A program made the translations under genes and the position numbers. A stretch of DNA of 55,804 nucleotides, filler included, from Sphacelaria rigidula (lineage: Eukaryota): assembly GCA_964200075.2 (NCBI GenBank). It is 6 parts of 6 records of this genome, joined end to end, with 100 filler letters (N's around TTAATTAATTAA, not from the genome) between each part and the next. Parts side by side here need not be neighbours in the genome. Positions count along the whole stretch, not along the records: positions 9,319 to 18,536 come from CAXNAA020009018.1; positions 18,637 to 27,854 come from CAXNAA020009019.1; 4 more parts are not named here. The stretch is one strand, 5' to 3'. The notes under the pieces are model-generated. The model did not search any database. It was not told where the DNA came from and saw only the letters and a program-made list of their open reading frames with translations. Every line of letters begins with the position of its first letter. Position 1 is the first letter of the stretch. Below, piece by piece: positions 12,360 to 22,845 of the stretch.

Positions 12360-13245
12360 TCAACTTCACCGGCCCTATCAAATACTGGCATCGACGTGAC
12401 CAGGATGTTCACGTCAACAGTTTTAGGTCGTAACTATTGCAACGTTCGACTTGAAAGCTAACGCTTCACCGAAACGTTCAGCAGTAGAACAGAAATAAAA
12501 TATTTATGAGTGAGGTTGACATCGATGGTCGACCTCACACTATACTGCCGAAATCCACAGTGATGTGTCGACTTTAGAGTCAAACGTTTGACGTTCACTT
12601 TCAAGGTTCGACTTTCGACTTCAAGGTTTGATGTTCGGGTCCAAGCTTTGATTTTCCAGCTTGATGTTTGACCTTCAGTTTAAGGTTTGGGTTTCAAATT
12701 GAAGGTGAAGTTAAATTCTGATTCCCTGGGCTTTGACGATATATACTTCAAAGTCCACCGTCCATGTTAGCCCATCATTCAAACTGCGCATCTAGATCCA
12801 TTCCAAAACGTTTCGGTGAAACGTAGGCTTTGAAGTCAAACGTTCAGTGGAAGGTACAGCTTTCAATTTGAAGTGCAAGCTGAACGTGCGGGTCGAAGCT
12901 TCAACTTGTAGACTGTGAACCATCAACTTGGAGTTGACGTTCAAGTCTGACGCTCAGCTTGAACATTGACTTGAGCCTTGCACGGGTGGCCACTGGAGTG
13001 ACCGTAACCTCAAATTTGGACGTTACAGACGTTGCACAAGGTCTGTAACGTCAAAATTTGAGCTTTCAGGCACCCCAGTGGCCACCCGTGTGGCTTCCGA
13101 CTTGAACGTTTCACTTTCGTATTGAGCATGTTATCTTCAGGTTGAACCTCGGTTAAAACCTCGATGTTCAAGGTGGACATTCAAGTTGAATTTGTGATAA
13201 TAGCGGCTACCTTACGGTGGACAGTGTTCTTGAACTTTCAAGCTT
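12360..13245. repeat. Degenerate TTCAAC/GTTGAA-type subrepeat tract with internal inverted repeats
   Basis: Dense AACGTT/TTCAA/TTGAA motifs; 12441-12478 is inverted relative to 12807-12844. Confidence 0.6.
12981..13090. mobile_element. 110-bp hairpin MITE (CACGGG...CCCGTG), possible 2-bp TSD TG
   Basis: CACGGGTGGCCACTGG / CCAGTGGCCACCCGTG termini, long internal stem, TG on both flanks. Confidence 0.75.
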
Positions 13246-13689
13246 ATTTCACGCAGATTTGTTGCGCAAGTCGCTTATTTTGCGTACTGACATTGCACAT
13301 ACTGCGGAGCTGGTGTGACCGTAGGACTCGCCACGTTCCCCGAAGACCAGCAAATACCACCAACTTCCCTTCCAAAGGATCACCCGGATGATGTCGCGAA
13401 AACGCCCCCTCCCCCCCAAACCAGCTCCAAAAGTGTCACGATGAGCATGACCATACAGTGCACGATAGGTGGTTTCAGACTGCATCAAGTGCCTCATATA
13501 CGCAACAGTGGCAGAACCAATCCCAAGCGTGGGAATTTCCAGCTCCTCGGTGCGCTCGATTTCTGTCGTTTTGATTTGCATGTAGATTTGCCTCCTCAAA
13601 CGAGCCATTATTCTGAGGGGGGCTATCGAGCATCACACACATACTCAGCGTATACCTCAAGAGGAATACGTGTAGCGCCCTGGACAGGG

Positions 13690-14830
13690 TCTATCTTTGC
13701 AGTTTGCCCTCGTTTGCCTCTATGGTAAGAACGCCGTCAAAGCATTCACTTGAATCCACCGTCATACGGGAGTTCCCCACCAATGGAAACTGCGTTCTAC
13801 TTACCCGCAGATGTGAGTCACGGTGCTTGATGAGGCGAAATGGGATGTTAACACCGTTGTAATGCGTGAGAAGACCGCATGCTTAGAGGACTGCATCGGA
13901 ATTCGAACATCCGCATGGTTAGGGTTAGGGTTGGAGTTGGGGTTGGGGTCAGGAGCGTGCTCCCTGCAGGGACTGGCCCGGTTGGTTTTGGAAAACGTCG
14001 ATGGTGAGGTGTTTCGAGCCACGGCGCGGTCCTCTCATGCATTACACCGTTATCGGCGTGGGCACGTGTATTCAAATGGTCTTGATCAGATGACGGTGTA
14101 GCAATAACAGCCCCTCCGTTTGTGCCCGGACTAATACTACCCTCGCGTGGTATGTCTCAAGAAGGTGGAGATTGGGTTTCAAGCCTTCATTACTAGCACT
14201 ATCCACCACACGGAGAAGAATGGGCCGAGACAGTGGTTGTTTCCGTGTAATATTCATGGACTACAGCATATCCCGTAATTTTCCGCTCCTACACGTTGGC
14301 TTTTCATTGTAGATGGACTTTATTGAACACTGTCCTGGGTGTTTCGACTAACGAGCAGGCGCACCTAGATAGCTGCGTCCTATTCCGACTGAATGAAAGC
14401 CAGTTTACCTCCAAGTGCTTTAAACCCCAGTCTAGCTTACATGTCATCGTGGCCATCAACCTGCTTGCTGTAGAAGCGGCCGTAGGAAAAAACGTCTCAG
14501 AGTAGTCTACTTGTTCTACCTCAGTGTACACCATGGCTACCATACAAGCTTGCCCGATCAAACATACAATGCGGTTCACCCTTGCACTTATTCAACCACT
14601 TGTCGTCCACGATGTTGCGCCCATCAGGAACTTCAGTCACCTCCGCAAACGTTCCGGCAGCCATGAGCCCATCGAGCTCTACCTTCATTGACTTCATATA
14701 TACGTCCGAGGACTGCGGCAAGCGTGCCGCAGGATACGACACTGACTCCGGCTCCGCTTCCCGGACAAGTGGGTAGCTTGCCCGGCTTACGGGTGACCTC
14801 CCGTACCTCCAGGAGCCCATGGACTATTTT
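13690..14830 (-). mobile_element. Degenerate Ty1/Copia reverse transcriptase relic
   Basis: Frameshifted Copia RT motifs: MKVELDGLMAAGTFAEVTEVPDGRNIVDDKWL, MVAMVYTEVEQVDYSETFFPTA, CKLDWGLKHLEV. Confidence 0.85.
13916..13953 (+). repeat. Interstitial telomere-like (TTAGGG) repeat
   Basis: GGTTAGGGTTAGGGTTGGAGTTGGGGTTGGGGTCAGG; similar tracts at ~15920, 34207, 34880 and 38733. Confidence 0.7.
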
Positions 14831-15914
14831 TCTCTCGCCATCGGGCTTGAATGTACTCACGAGGAAGCTGCTTCTTGATTGAGTGCTTGCGTCTGCACTC
14901 TGGTTCGCTACAGTTCTGGTTCGCCATTTCTACACCCCACCAGATGTGACTCAAGTTAGCGTGCCACAGTCCATGCCAGCGTCGGAACCGTCGGAACCGG
15001 ACCACTGTTATCCGATAAAGACAACTCGTCCCCCTCGATTGAAAGACCGCCGTCGGCAGGCAACTCGCTGCTCAACGAGGACAATAATATATCTGATCGA
15101 GCAGTTGTGGTGTCGGGGGGCGGATGATTCTCACCGTCTACAGAATCCCGCGCACATTCACCACCATGGCCTCCACTGTTCGCCGGAGAGGTCACTCGAC
15201 CCTCATGGGGGGGTTCTCCTCCCCAACAGTAATGGAGTCGGCGGGGCAACAATCAAGTCGTCGAGCCCTCATCTATCTCGACCAAGACCCTAGCAATTTG
15301 AGACAACCAGACCAACAACGGTCTCCTCCGTGCACAATGCCGTACCCATCGGTCGGCAAGGGTTGGTGACTTGCCGACACCTCTTCTCCCGAAGTGTCGG
15401 GCTTAGTCTCTGCCTGCACGCCACTACGACTGCTGCTCACAACAATTATACATACCTACATATGTTTTACAATGTCGCCGCCGAGAAATGCAATTTTTAC
15501 AGATCAATTCTCAAACCGAAGCTGATTATATTCAGCCGCATCAGGACGCCCACGTGCACCTACGGGGAAACACAATATCGTCTTCAAAAACCGAAAATGT
15601 TCGAACAAAACGTGGTACACGAGAAATATTGTTTTCTCCTTCGCTAATACCCTCGATCGATTGGAATGGAAACTGCACACATTTGCAGTCAACACCATAC
15701 CGCGGCCCCGTCCCTCAACCACGTAAGGCATACAATTCCAGCATGTGTGCCCATCTCCGAAACCCAACCAAGCACCAACTAAACCTGTGGGGAACAAGGC
15801 GTCAACTCGTCTTGCCGCCTGTTCTTGGATGTGCCTACGCCACAACTTTCGATCGCGACAACTTTCAACCTTGGTTTGATGAGAAAAAAAAAAAGAATGG
15901 AATTCACGCGGCGC

Positions 15915-16136
15915 CTATTGGATCGGGGTCAGGGCTAGGGTCAGCCGCAAAGATTGACAAAAACGTTTGCCCTCTGCAACCACTCGATAGTGTAGCTGCC
16001 CAACCACCCACACGTGAATCAAAACTTGGATTGCTGGAATGGCCCATCCCCTTCTCATGTCTCTACTGCTGGGAGTAAAAACGCTGAGCACGCGAAGTAG
16101 GAAGATGAAGGCGATAATGATCATGATAGTGTTCAC
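15915..16136 (-). CDS. Possible terminal WS/DGAT exon with a hydrophobic helix
   Basis: TAG acceptor at 16139-16137, phase 0; VNTIMIIIAFIFLLRVLSVF; no homology support. Confidence 0.35.
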   Translation of the reverse strand: MNTIMIIIAFIFLLRVLSVFTPSSRDMRRGWAIPAIQVLIHVWVVGQLHYRVVAEGKRFCQSLRLTLALTPIQ

Positions 16137-16441
16137 CTACACTAGGAAGCGCTCTTCTCCTGCGATATCCGATTCGACAGCTCGAGTACGGCACACATGT
16201 ATTATCTGCTACAGACGGTCAAAGCACAGCATTGACATTTTCATACTAATTTCACCTCACCCTCCTCTCCACTTTCAAGGCATTTTCCCATGGAAACGCC
16301 CCAAAGCGGGCAAGCCAAGTGAACCATAAACAAAGCAAGAAGGCATGGCATCACGTTCAGTGTGACAATACCTCGCTTGTAATGGCTGCATGGGGAAATA
16401 AATCGTCCTCATCACATGCTCGCTCAAGCGTGAGCACGTAC

Positions 16442-16645
16442 AGCGAATTTGTTAAGCCGCACATTTTGCTCCTCCGTTCGTGCGAGAAGCTCCGCCGCTA
16501 ATGGTTCGTTCAGCACGCCGAGTTGTTTTGCGAGGGCCTTGAGCTCCGCAAGGAACAGGGTTGGCAGGGTGTCGCAGTCCGGGATGGATACGGGATCGAC
16601 GACGAAGTTTGTGGATATCATGCCGTTGAGACTTACAACGCCAAC
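16442..16645 (-). CDS. Next WS/DGAT exon (could instead read through to the stop at 16424)
   Basis: CGCAG acceptor, phase 0, in frame with the upstream exon; VGVVSLNGMISTNFVVDPVSIPDCDTLPTLFLAELKALAKQL; GTACGT donor at 16441. Confidence 0.8.
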
Positions 16646-17026
16646 CTGCGTGTGTTCGTTGGTTGGGTTAGTTTTATCGAAGTCAGCCAGCCGAAGGGGG
16701 CAAGGCGGGCGGGGGCGACGAGAGGTGAGGAGATCAAGGCAAAGCAGAGAACACACGCATGACATGAACCAGGGACGAACCGGGTGAATGACGCACGAGA
16801 TATTGAAAACAAGGGTTGGCATCTAAGAGGGTAAGAACTTACGGACGCGAGTGTGTAATAAATGGCGGAGAAACCCACCAGTGTACGGTGCTGTAAAAAA
16901 AGTTGGTTGGAAGCGAAACAAAACGCTCAAGACAGAACCGAACCGAACTACGACGAAAGGTGCCTCAGGAAACAAATGATTCCTGAGCCCGTCAGCGGGT
17001 CAGCCAGCGTTTTGGCTGCCATTCAC

Positions 17027-17122
17027 CTGTGGCATCGCGTTCCTGAATGCCATGTGGATACGCCTGAGCTGCTGCTTCGCGAACGACACCGGCTCTTGGG
17101 GTCCAGGCACGTTAGAAACAGT
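17027..17122 (-). CDS. Exon of a wax ester synthase/diacylglycerol acyltransferase (WS/DGAT), C-terminal domain
   Basis: CTGCAG acceptor and GTGAAT donor; 96 bp, phase 0; TVSNVPGPQEPVSFAKQQLRRIHMAFRNAMPQ contains the SNVPGP motif of WS_DGAT_C; not in the ORF track. Confidence 0.85.
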
Positions 17123-18157
17123 CTGCAGTAGGAAATCATGCGACGTGTTTTTCAAACATACGTGCGAAAAGACACGCGGGAAGCAAGCGAGTTAGACCGC
17201 ATATAAAACTCGCCATGCCATGGGAACGACAATTTTACTCGCTCGTCGGAGGATGGCATTGATGGTGGTGTACCATACACTCGTTTGTGGAGCACTACTC
17301 TCGATCATGGGCTTTTTAGAGAGTACTCTGCGCTTTACCCTAAGATAAGAGAAGCTTGGCGAACATCAAACCATACAGAACGGAAACAGGTGACGGCAAT
17401 AGCGTGCCTTGGGGAGATTTCAACACACGAACTGCGTAGGGGGTAAGGCTTGCGATAACGAAAGCTTGAAGCATTGACCGAATAGCGCGCGATCGCCACA
17501 CGAACAGCACGAAACATGGACCCAATCGCACAGACCGACGTCGGTGGGGAAAGCTCAAACATTGACACAGTAAGCTAGTTTCCGTTCCCTTGATCATTCA
17601 GACAACCCAGAAAACGAGCAAGACGTTTAAGCTTGCCCCGGAAAGCATGCTATGTAGCAGCCATCGGTTTCCCCCAGAGGATTACGAGGACGACAACGTT
17701 CTCGTAAGATATAGAACGCTGAAGATATTTTTCTGCGAAGGATCAAGACATAGAACATCACGTGCGACGACGGTCAACACGGGGGTGCGCCTTAGGCTGT
17801 TCGAAAAACTTACCCCCGAGGCGAGTGGAAGCGCGAACACGAGAGCGCGAGGGCACATGTACGACAAGCGATGGACCGGAAGAACTTGCAACATAACACC
17901 GGCACAAGCAGCAAACATATGGCTCGTTATTTCGTCCCGAGATTGCAGGGGACACGCGAGGTCAACGCACGGCTGACCCATCACATGTGGCTAATAGTTC
18001 AAGTCCAATATACATACCCCGTGCCTCCAGACATGTTCTGGCCATCTGTAGAATCTAGATATCATTTGCAAATTTTGCAGGCAATGCGTTGATCTGCAAG
18101 GACTCTTTTGATCTGCAGCACTTCGATGCTCGTGAGGTGTGGTAACATGCGCTACCG

Positions 18158-18482
18158 GAGTGATGCTATGGTAGGGGGGGGCGTACGCAGTTGTTGCTTG
18201 CCTTAGTCGTTTGACAATTAGCCACGCATCCCTCTCATGCCACGATAGGGGGGCGGGGAGTGTTTCAGGCCATTTTTCCACGAAATTCCAACTCAAAATA
18301 GTCTTTAAAAGCAGCAGCGCTTGCTAGAGCGCGCCTGTTTCCAACAAGACACTCATTCATACTACTTGCCGTCGTTCTCACCCGAATACAACTGCACCGC
18401 GAGTAGATAGAAAGATCGTCTGACACACCTGTGAGCCCATGTTTTTCGTGGAATCAACCCCCCCCCCCCCCCCCCCCCCCCC
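18158..18482 (+). mobile_element. G-run-TIR MITE interrupted in its left TIR by a ~56-bp LINE 3' tail (18181-18236)
   Basis: Body similar to 28051-28290, 37332-37581 and reverse of 27228-27479; imperfect duplication ATGCTATGGTAGGGGGG / ATGCCACGATAGGGGGG around the insert. Confidence 0.75.
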
Positions 18483-18536
18483 TTACCTTCTAATAAAAAG
18501 GGTTGCGTGGGTCGCCAAGACAAAAAAAAAAAAAAA

Positions 18537-18636
18537 NNNNNNNNNNNNNNNNNNNNNNNNNNNNNNNNNNNNNNNNNNNNTTAATTAATTAANNNNNNNN
18601 NNNNNNNNNNNNNNNNNNNNNNNNNNNNNNNNNNNN
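18537..18636. other. Artificial contig-join spacer
   Basis: Identical N44-TTAATTAATTAA-N44 structure. Confidence 0.98.
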
Positions 18637-19578
18637 CCGACAAGAGGACTTCAACATTTCCTGTCTTGCTTATTCATAGCTTACTCATACTTGTGCGTGT
18701 TTGTTTTGGTAGCACATATCGGGAGGGGGGCGTTCTCGGCACTCCCTCAGTTCCGACGCCCTTGCTAGTTGTTCTTTTCTACCGGAAAGTACATTTTCCT
18801 CTCTTTTTCTTTCCATGTTCTCCTGAATGGTCTCACGGTAGGGGTGCACAAATATTTCTGAGGTTCGAAATGTCAGGAGCCCTCCATCACACTCAAAAAA
18901 GAAACTATAGCACGTGTGAGATCACACACAATTGGCATTATCATGGGCTAGGGATATTCCGAATGGGGTTTAGAACAGGGAATGTCCTGACCCATATTCT
19001 TGTGTAGCTCCTACCTTGGAAACCGTTGAATGAGAAAGACCTGGGGCCAAATATGCAACCCCTACCGTAGCATGACCCTTCTCTTCTTTCTTACCGTGTA
19101 GTTTTGTGTACGGCGGGGGTTGCCGCCATAGTTGATCTCGATTTTGTTTACAATGCCTCAAGAATAAGGATGATACTCGCCTCGGATCAGCTGAAATACT
19201 AACACCGAGGAATCGCTCAATCGACCAATCGATCAAACTACTCTAAACGCGCTGGTGTCTTGACACCGTCGTCGTACGTGCTACTGGCTCAGCAACGGCG
19301 AAGGAGGTGTCGACGGCAACAACAACTCAATGGCTAGTCGCCCTCCGCAAGATTCTGCGCAAAAAAGTGCGCTGCCGCCGAGTGACCCTGTTGGCGTGGC
19401 CAATAACTGCCTCGTGGCGGAAGATATAAAGGAGGACTACGGTGTGTTCGCCACCCGTAATACGGCGGAAGCTTGGGACATGGTTGCGCGACAGGTGAGA
19501 AAAAGAAATCGTGCTTAGTGATATGTGTTGTCTGTTACCGTCGGAAACGACCGCTAGAAACGGAACTGGTGAAGGGCA

Positions 19579-20510
19579 GGGGTGTAGTCATGATCTTGCA
19601 TACCATGGTCACACGGCCGTTGACCTCGCATTCCTATAAAGACGTGACGGAGCACGCCGAGTTTCGCCGGACCAGGCTTGCAATTAATCACCAAGCACGA
19701 AGCGCCGTGGTGTGTTCGGCGAGTCACATGAAAGATGAGCTGCATCCTGTATAGATTGTTCGGCCCGACGCCTACTGATTATCTTTCATCTGGATGACAG
19801 CCTACAATGAGTTGCCATGGCTTACACATTTCGTCATGGGTGTATCACCATATGAATACTGCGTAGTATGATCATCCCCTTTGCGCGGAGCTGAGGTTCT
19901 CCCACTCCGCACAATATGATCTAGCTCGACCACCATCACGGTTACCGCAAGAAAAATGCAAGCGCACAAAAACAATTGGTTACCTGGTAGCGTAGCTTAC
20001 GCAGTAAGTGGCGTGCTTTAAAGCGTCATTACCAACCGACGCTAACCCCACAGGGGGTCCATCCCTACAAAGCCGGGAAGCACGCCAGGTTTTCGCCAGA
20101 TCAGATTCGCAATCAATCACCAACCGCTGAGCGCCCTAATATGTTCGGCAAGTCTCATGAAGAATGAGCTACATCCTACTAAGATTGTTCGGCCCGAAGC
20201 GTACAAACTGCATTGCATTTGAAAGACAGCCTCCAACGAGTTGCTTCATTTTCTGGTGTCGCTGCTTGCAGAGACAGCCACGGGTTCCCCACGGCCTCAT
20301 GGGTGTATCACCATATAAACATTTTACCGTACGAGCATCTCCTTTGCGCGGAGTTCAGGTTCTCCCACCGCGTACAATATGATTTAGCTCGATCATCCTC
20401 ATGCTTACCCCCAAACCAAAGGCAAGCGCGCAAAAAAAATGACAAACTGGTTGCCTAGCTTACGCATTAAGTAGCATGTTCCTTACAGTGTCGTTGCCAA
20501 CCGACGCCAG
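19579..20510 (-). mobile_element. Non-autonomous retroelement ('family B'): two tandem ~430-bp monomers plus a LINE-like C-ended tail
   Basis: 19649-20075 resembles 20076-20510; tail 19579-19634 is homologous to 27799-27854 and 46431-46488; no ORF. Confidence 0.7.
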
Positions 20511-21120
20511 CTCTCGGGCAGGCGGGAGGGTGGGGCAAGGTAGAGGATCAGCATATTCAGCGCTTCGCGTATTGTAAAAGCGCGCATATTTCGTTTCCGC
20601 TTCTCTTCTATCTTGAGGTCCGTTTGCATTTACTTGCCCTCTGGAGGATTGGAGTGCGTGGTCAGAAATATTCAGTCCATTTTTTCCGTGGTAGTTGGCC
20701 TTGCACGATAGATCGCCCACTCGAAGAAAGCACTGCCGGTGGCAAGCCGTCTTGCTGCCACCTTTCTTGTGCTTATCAACTCTCGTTTTGACGGTTCGGA
20801 TAGCTGTAATGTACCGTGGGGCTTTGAACCCGCTCAGTCAGGCGACAAAATACCGTAGCGCTGATGTTCCAGTTTGGCCGGTTGAGTGTGCTGCCCTGTT
20901 TTTTCCAGCCTTAGGGGTTCTCGGTTTGATGCCCGTGATCTCTGAGCCTCATATGGCCAGGATTTGATGAGTATTCCTCTGCAGCACTGTGCTGGTAGAT
21001 GGCTTTTCGATTTGACTGGTTTGGTCGGCAATCGAACGCAAAAACACCCCGGACAAAACTCTGCACCGAACGAGTATACATATAGTACGCACTAATAGTT
21101 TTGTACTGTCTTGGGTACGC

Positions 21121-21188
21121 CTGTCACGCGACCACGGCTGAATCCCCTGGGGGGTCAGTTAAAGTGCGACAATCGATCAATCAATCAA
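21121..21188 (+). mobile_element. 3' end of an (AATC)n-tailed retroelement
   Basis: CACGGCTG.A.CCCCTGG...TTAAAGTGCGACAATC(AATC)n; reverse copy at 35036-35098. Confidence 0.6.
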
Positions 21189-21405
21189 ATTAACTGGCCA
21201 GCAAGCCAGTGAGTCGATGAAGTTTCTACGACGCGGGAAAAATCAAACGTGATATGGAAAAGACAATGGATGAGATGGACCGATTGAGGGGATAGATTCG
21301 GGGGCGTCACGTATAGGATGATGGTAGGAAGGGGGGGGGGGGGGCAGTTGTTGCTTGCCTCAAAAACTTCGACCATTGACCACGCNNNNNNNNNNGTAAG
21401 GAACA

Positions 21406-21407
<2 letters not shown>

Positions 21408-21488
<81 letters not shown>
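21408..21488. repeat. Poly-G tract (poly-C tail of the adjacent LINE; length unreliable)
   Basis: About 80 G next to an internal N gap. Confidence 0.85.
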
Positions 21489-21489
<1 letters not shown>

Positions 21490-22400
21490 CAGTTGTTGCT
21501 TGCCTCAAAAACTTCGACCATTGACCACGCGTCCCTTTCGAAACGGAGCATGGTTCCTACTTAAAATAGAAGTACGTCCAACGTTCGGGTGCTCGCCTCG
21601 ATATTTCCATACATTACGCGAGGACTTCTTGCTTGACTGATCCCCTCCCTGTTTCGCTGTCTGCGACCAACATCTATCTCCTAGAAAAGCGATTTTTTCT
21701 CGTGGTAGGACGATGTTCATATCACCTTTGCTTAAGTTCCCCCATCTCCTCTAACACGTCCCGTTCCTCCTTGTGTAGTTCCCATTACATGACTTTATGG
21801 GGTCTACTCTCGACTGCTTTGTCGCAAGCACAGTTCTTTGCATCTACTTCCTCCTTCACCCGACTACTGGTATACCTCTGCTTCTTTCTGGTGGGTTCAT
21901 GTCCCCTATCCGAAATCCCAGTTTCAGCTTTTTCGTGTAGTCCATTGGGCCTCGCAGATATGTACTTCGTATGTCTTCATCCCTATCTCTTCTCTCCACC
22001 CCCCGCATATTTCAAAGAGTTTTTCCTCGTCCACGTTCTGACTTTTCGCCGGCTTTTCTCCAATCTCCGATCTTCTTTTCCACCTCGTTTCGCATTCCCC
22101 AGATCACCGAGGGGCCTTATCACTCCTTGATTTTCTGTTATGTCCTTCCATACATCTCGACTACGCGATCCCACCTTATTCCAGCTTGCCATTTCGTGGA
22201 TTTCTTCCATACATCCCTATCAATTATGGTTGCGAATATATTTTCGGCATGTTCATTGTTAATTGATATTGCCATATCAATTGTCTCGTGTCTTTCCTTG
22301 TATCAAGTGTGTACATTCCCAACTCTGCTCCCAATGCTATATTGCTCGTCGCTTTTGATCTGTGATCTCGGGTTCGAGAGATCGAGCCAATGTGACGAGC
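21489..22400 (-). mobile_element. 3' part of a degenerate LINE ('family A')
   Basis: Broken ORF2 C-terminus (LGDRCWSQTAKQGGDQSSKK...NHAPFRKGRVVNG) followed by AGGCAAGCAACAA and poly-C. Confidence 0.85.
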
Positions 22401-22401
22401 A

Positions 22402-22479
22402 TAATAATAATAATAATAAGGATACTACTAATAATAATGATGATGATAACAATAACAATAACAATAACAACAACGATAA

Positions 22480-22510
<31 letters not shown>

Positions 22511-22540
22511 AAGAAGAAGAAGAAGAAGAAGAAGAAGAAA

Positions 22541-22598
<58 letters not shown>

Positions 22599-22781
22599 GT
22601 AATTTGACCATACAAGGATTTCCTCAGCTGTTGTCATCGGTATTGTTGAAGGCTGAGGAAATACTTGTATGACCAAATTAGTATTTTAATTGATTGATTG
22701 ATTTTTTTTTCAGTTAATCGATTATTATTATTACTATTACTATTACTATTACTATCACTATTACTATTTCTACTACTATTT

Positions 22782-22835
<54 letters not shown>

Positions 22836-22845
22836 TTATTATTTC
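22402..22845. repeat. Compound trinucleotide microsatellite (AAT/AAC/AAG ... ATT/ACT) around an 81-bp hairpin (22600-22680)
   Basis: Directly visible; hairpin arms TAATTTGACCATACAAGGATTTCCTCAGC / GCTGAGGAAATACTTGTATGACCAAATTA. Confidence 0.9.

Noticed and set aside
8854..17122. Lipid gene cluster (desaturase plus WS/DGAT)
   Set aside because: The two genes are on different contigs joined artificially.
21331..21530. Tandem duplication of the LINE tail
   Set aside because: The identical copies flank an N gap and a poly-G run; likely an assembly overlap artefact.
22303..22676. Homopolymer ORFs (poly-L/F/I/R/Y/N/K)
   Set aside because: Translations of trinucleotide microsatellites.
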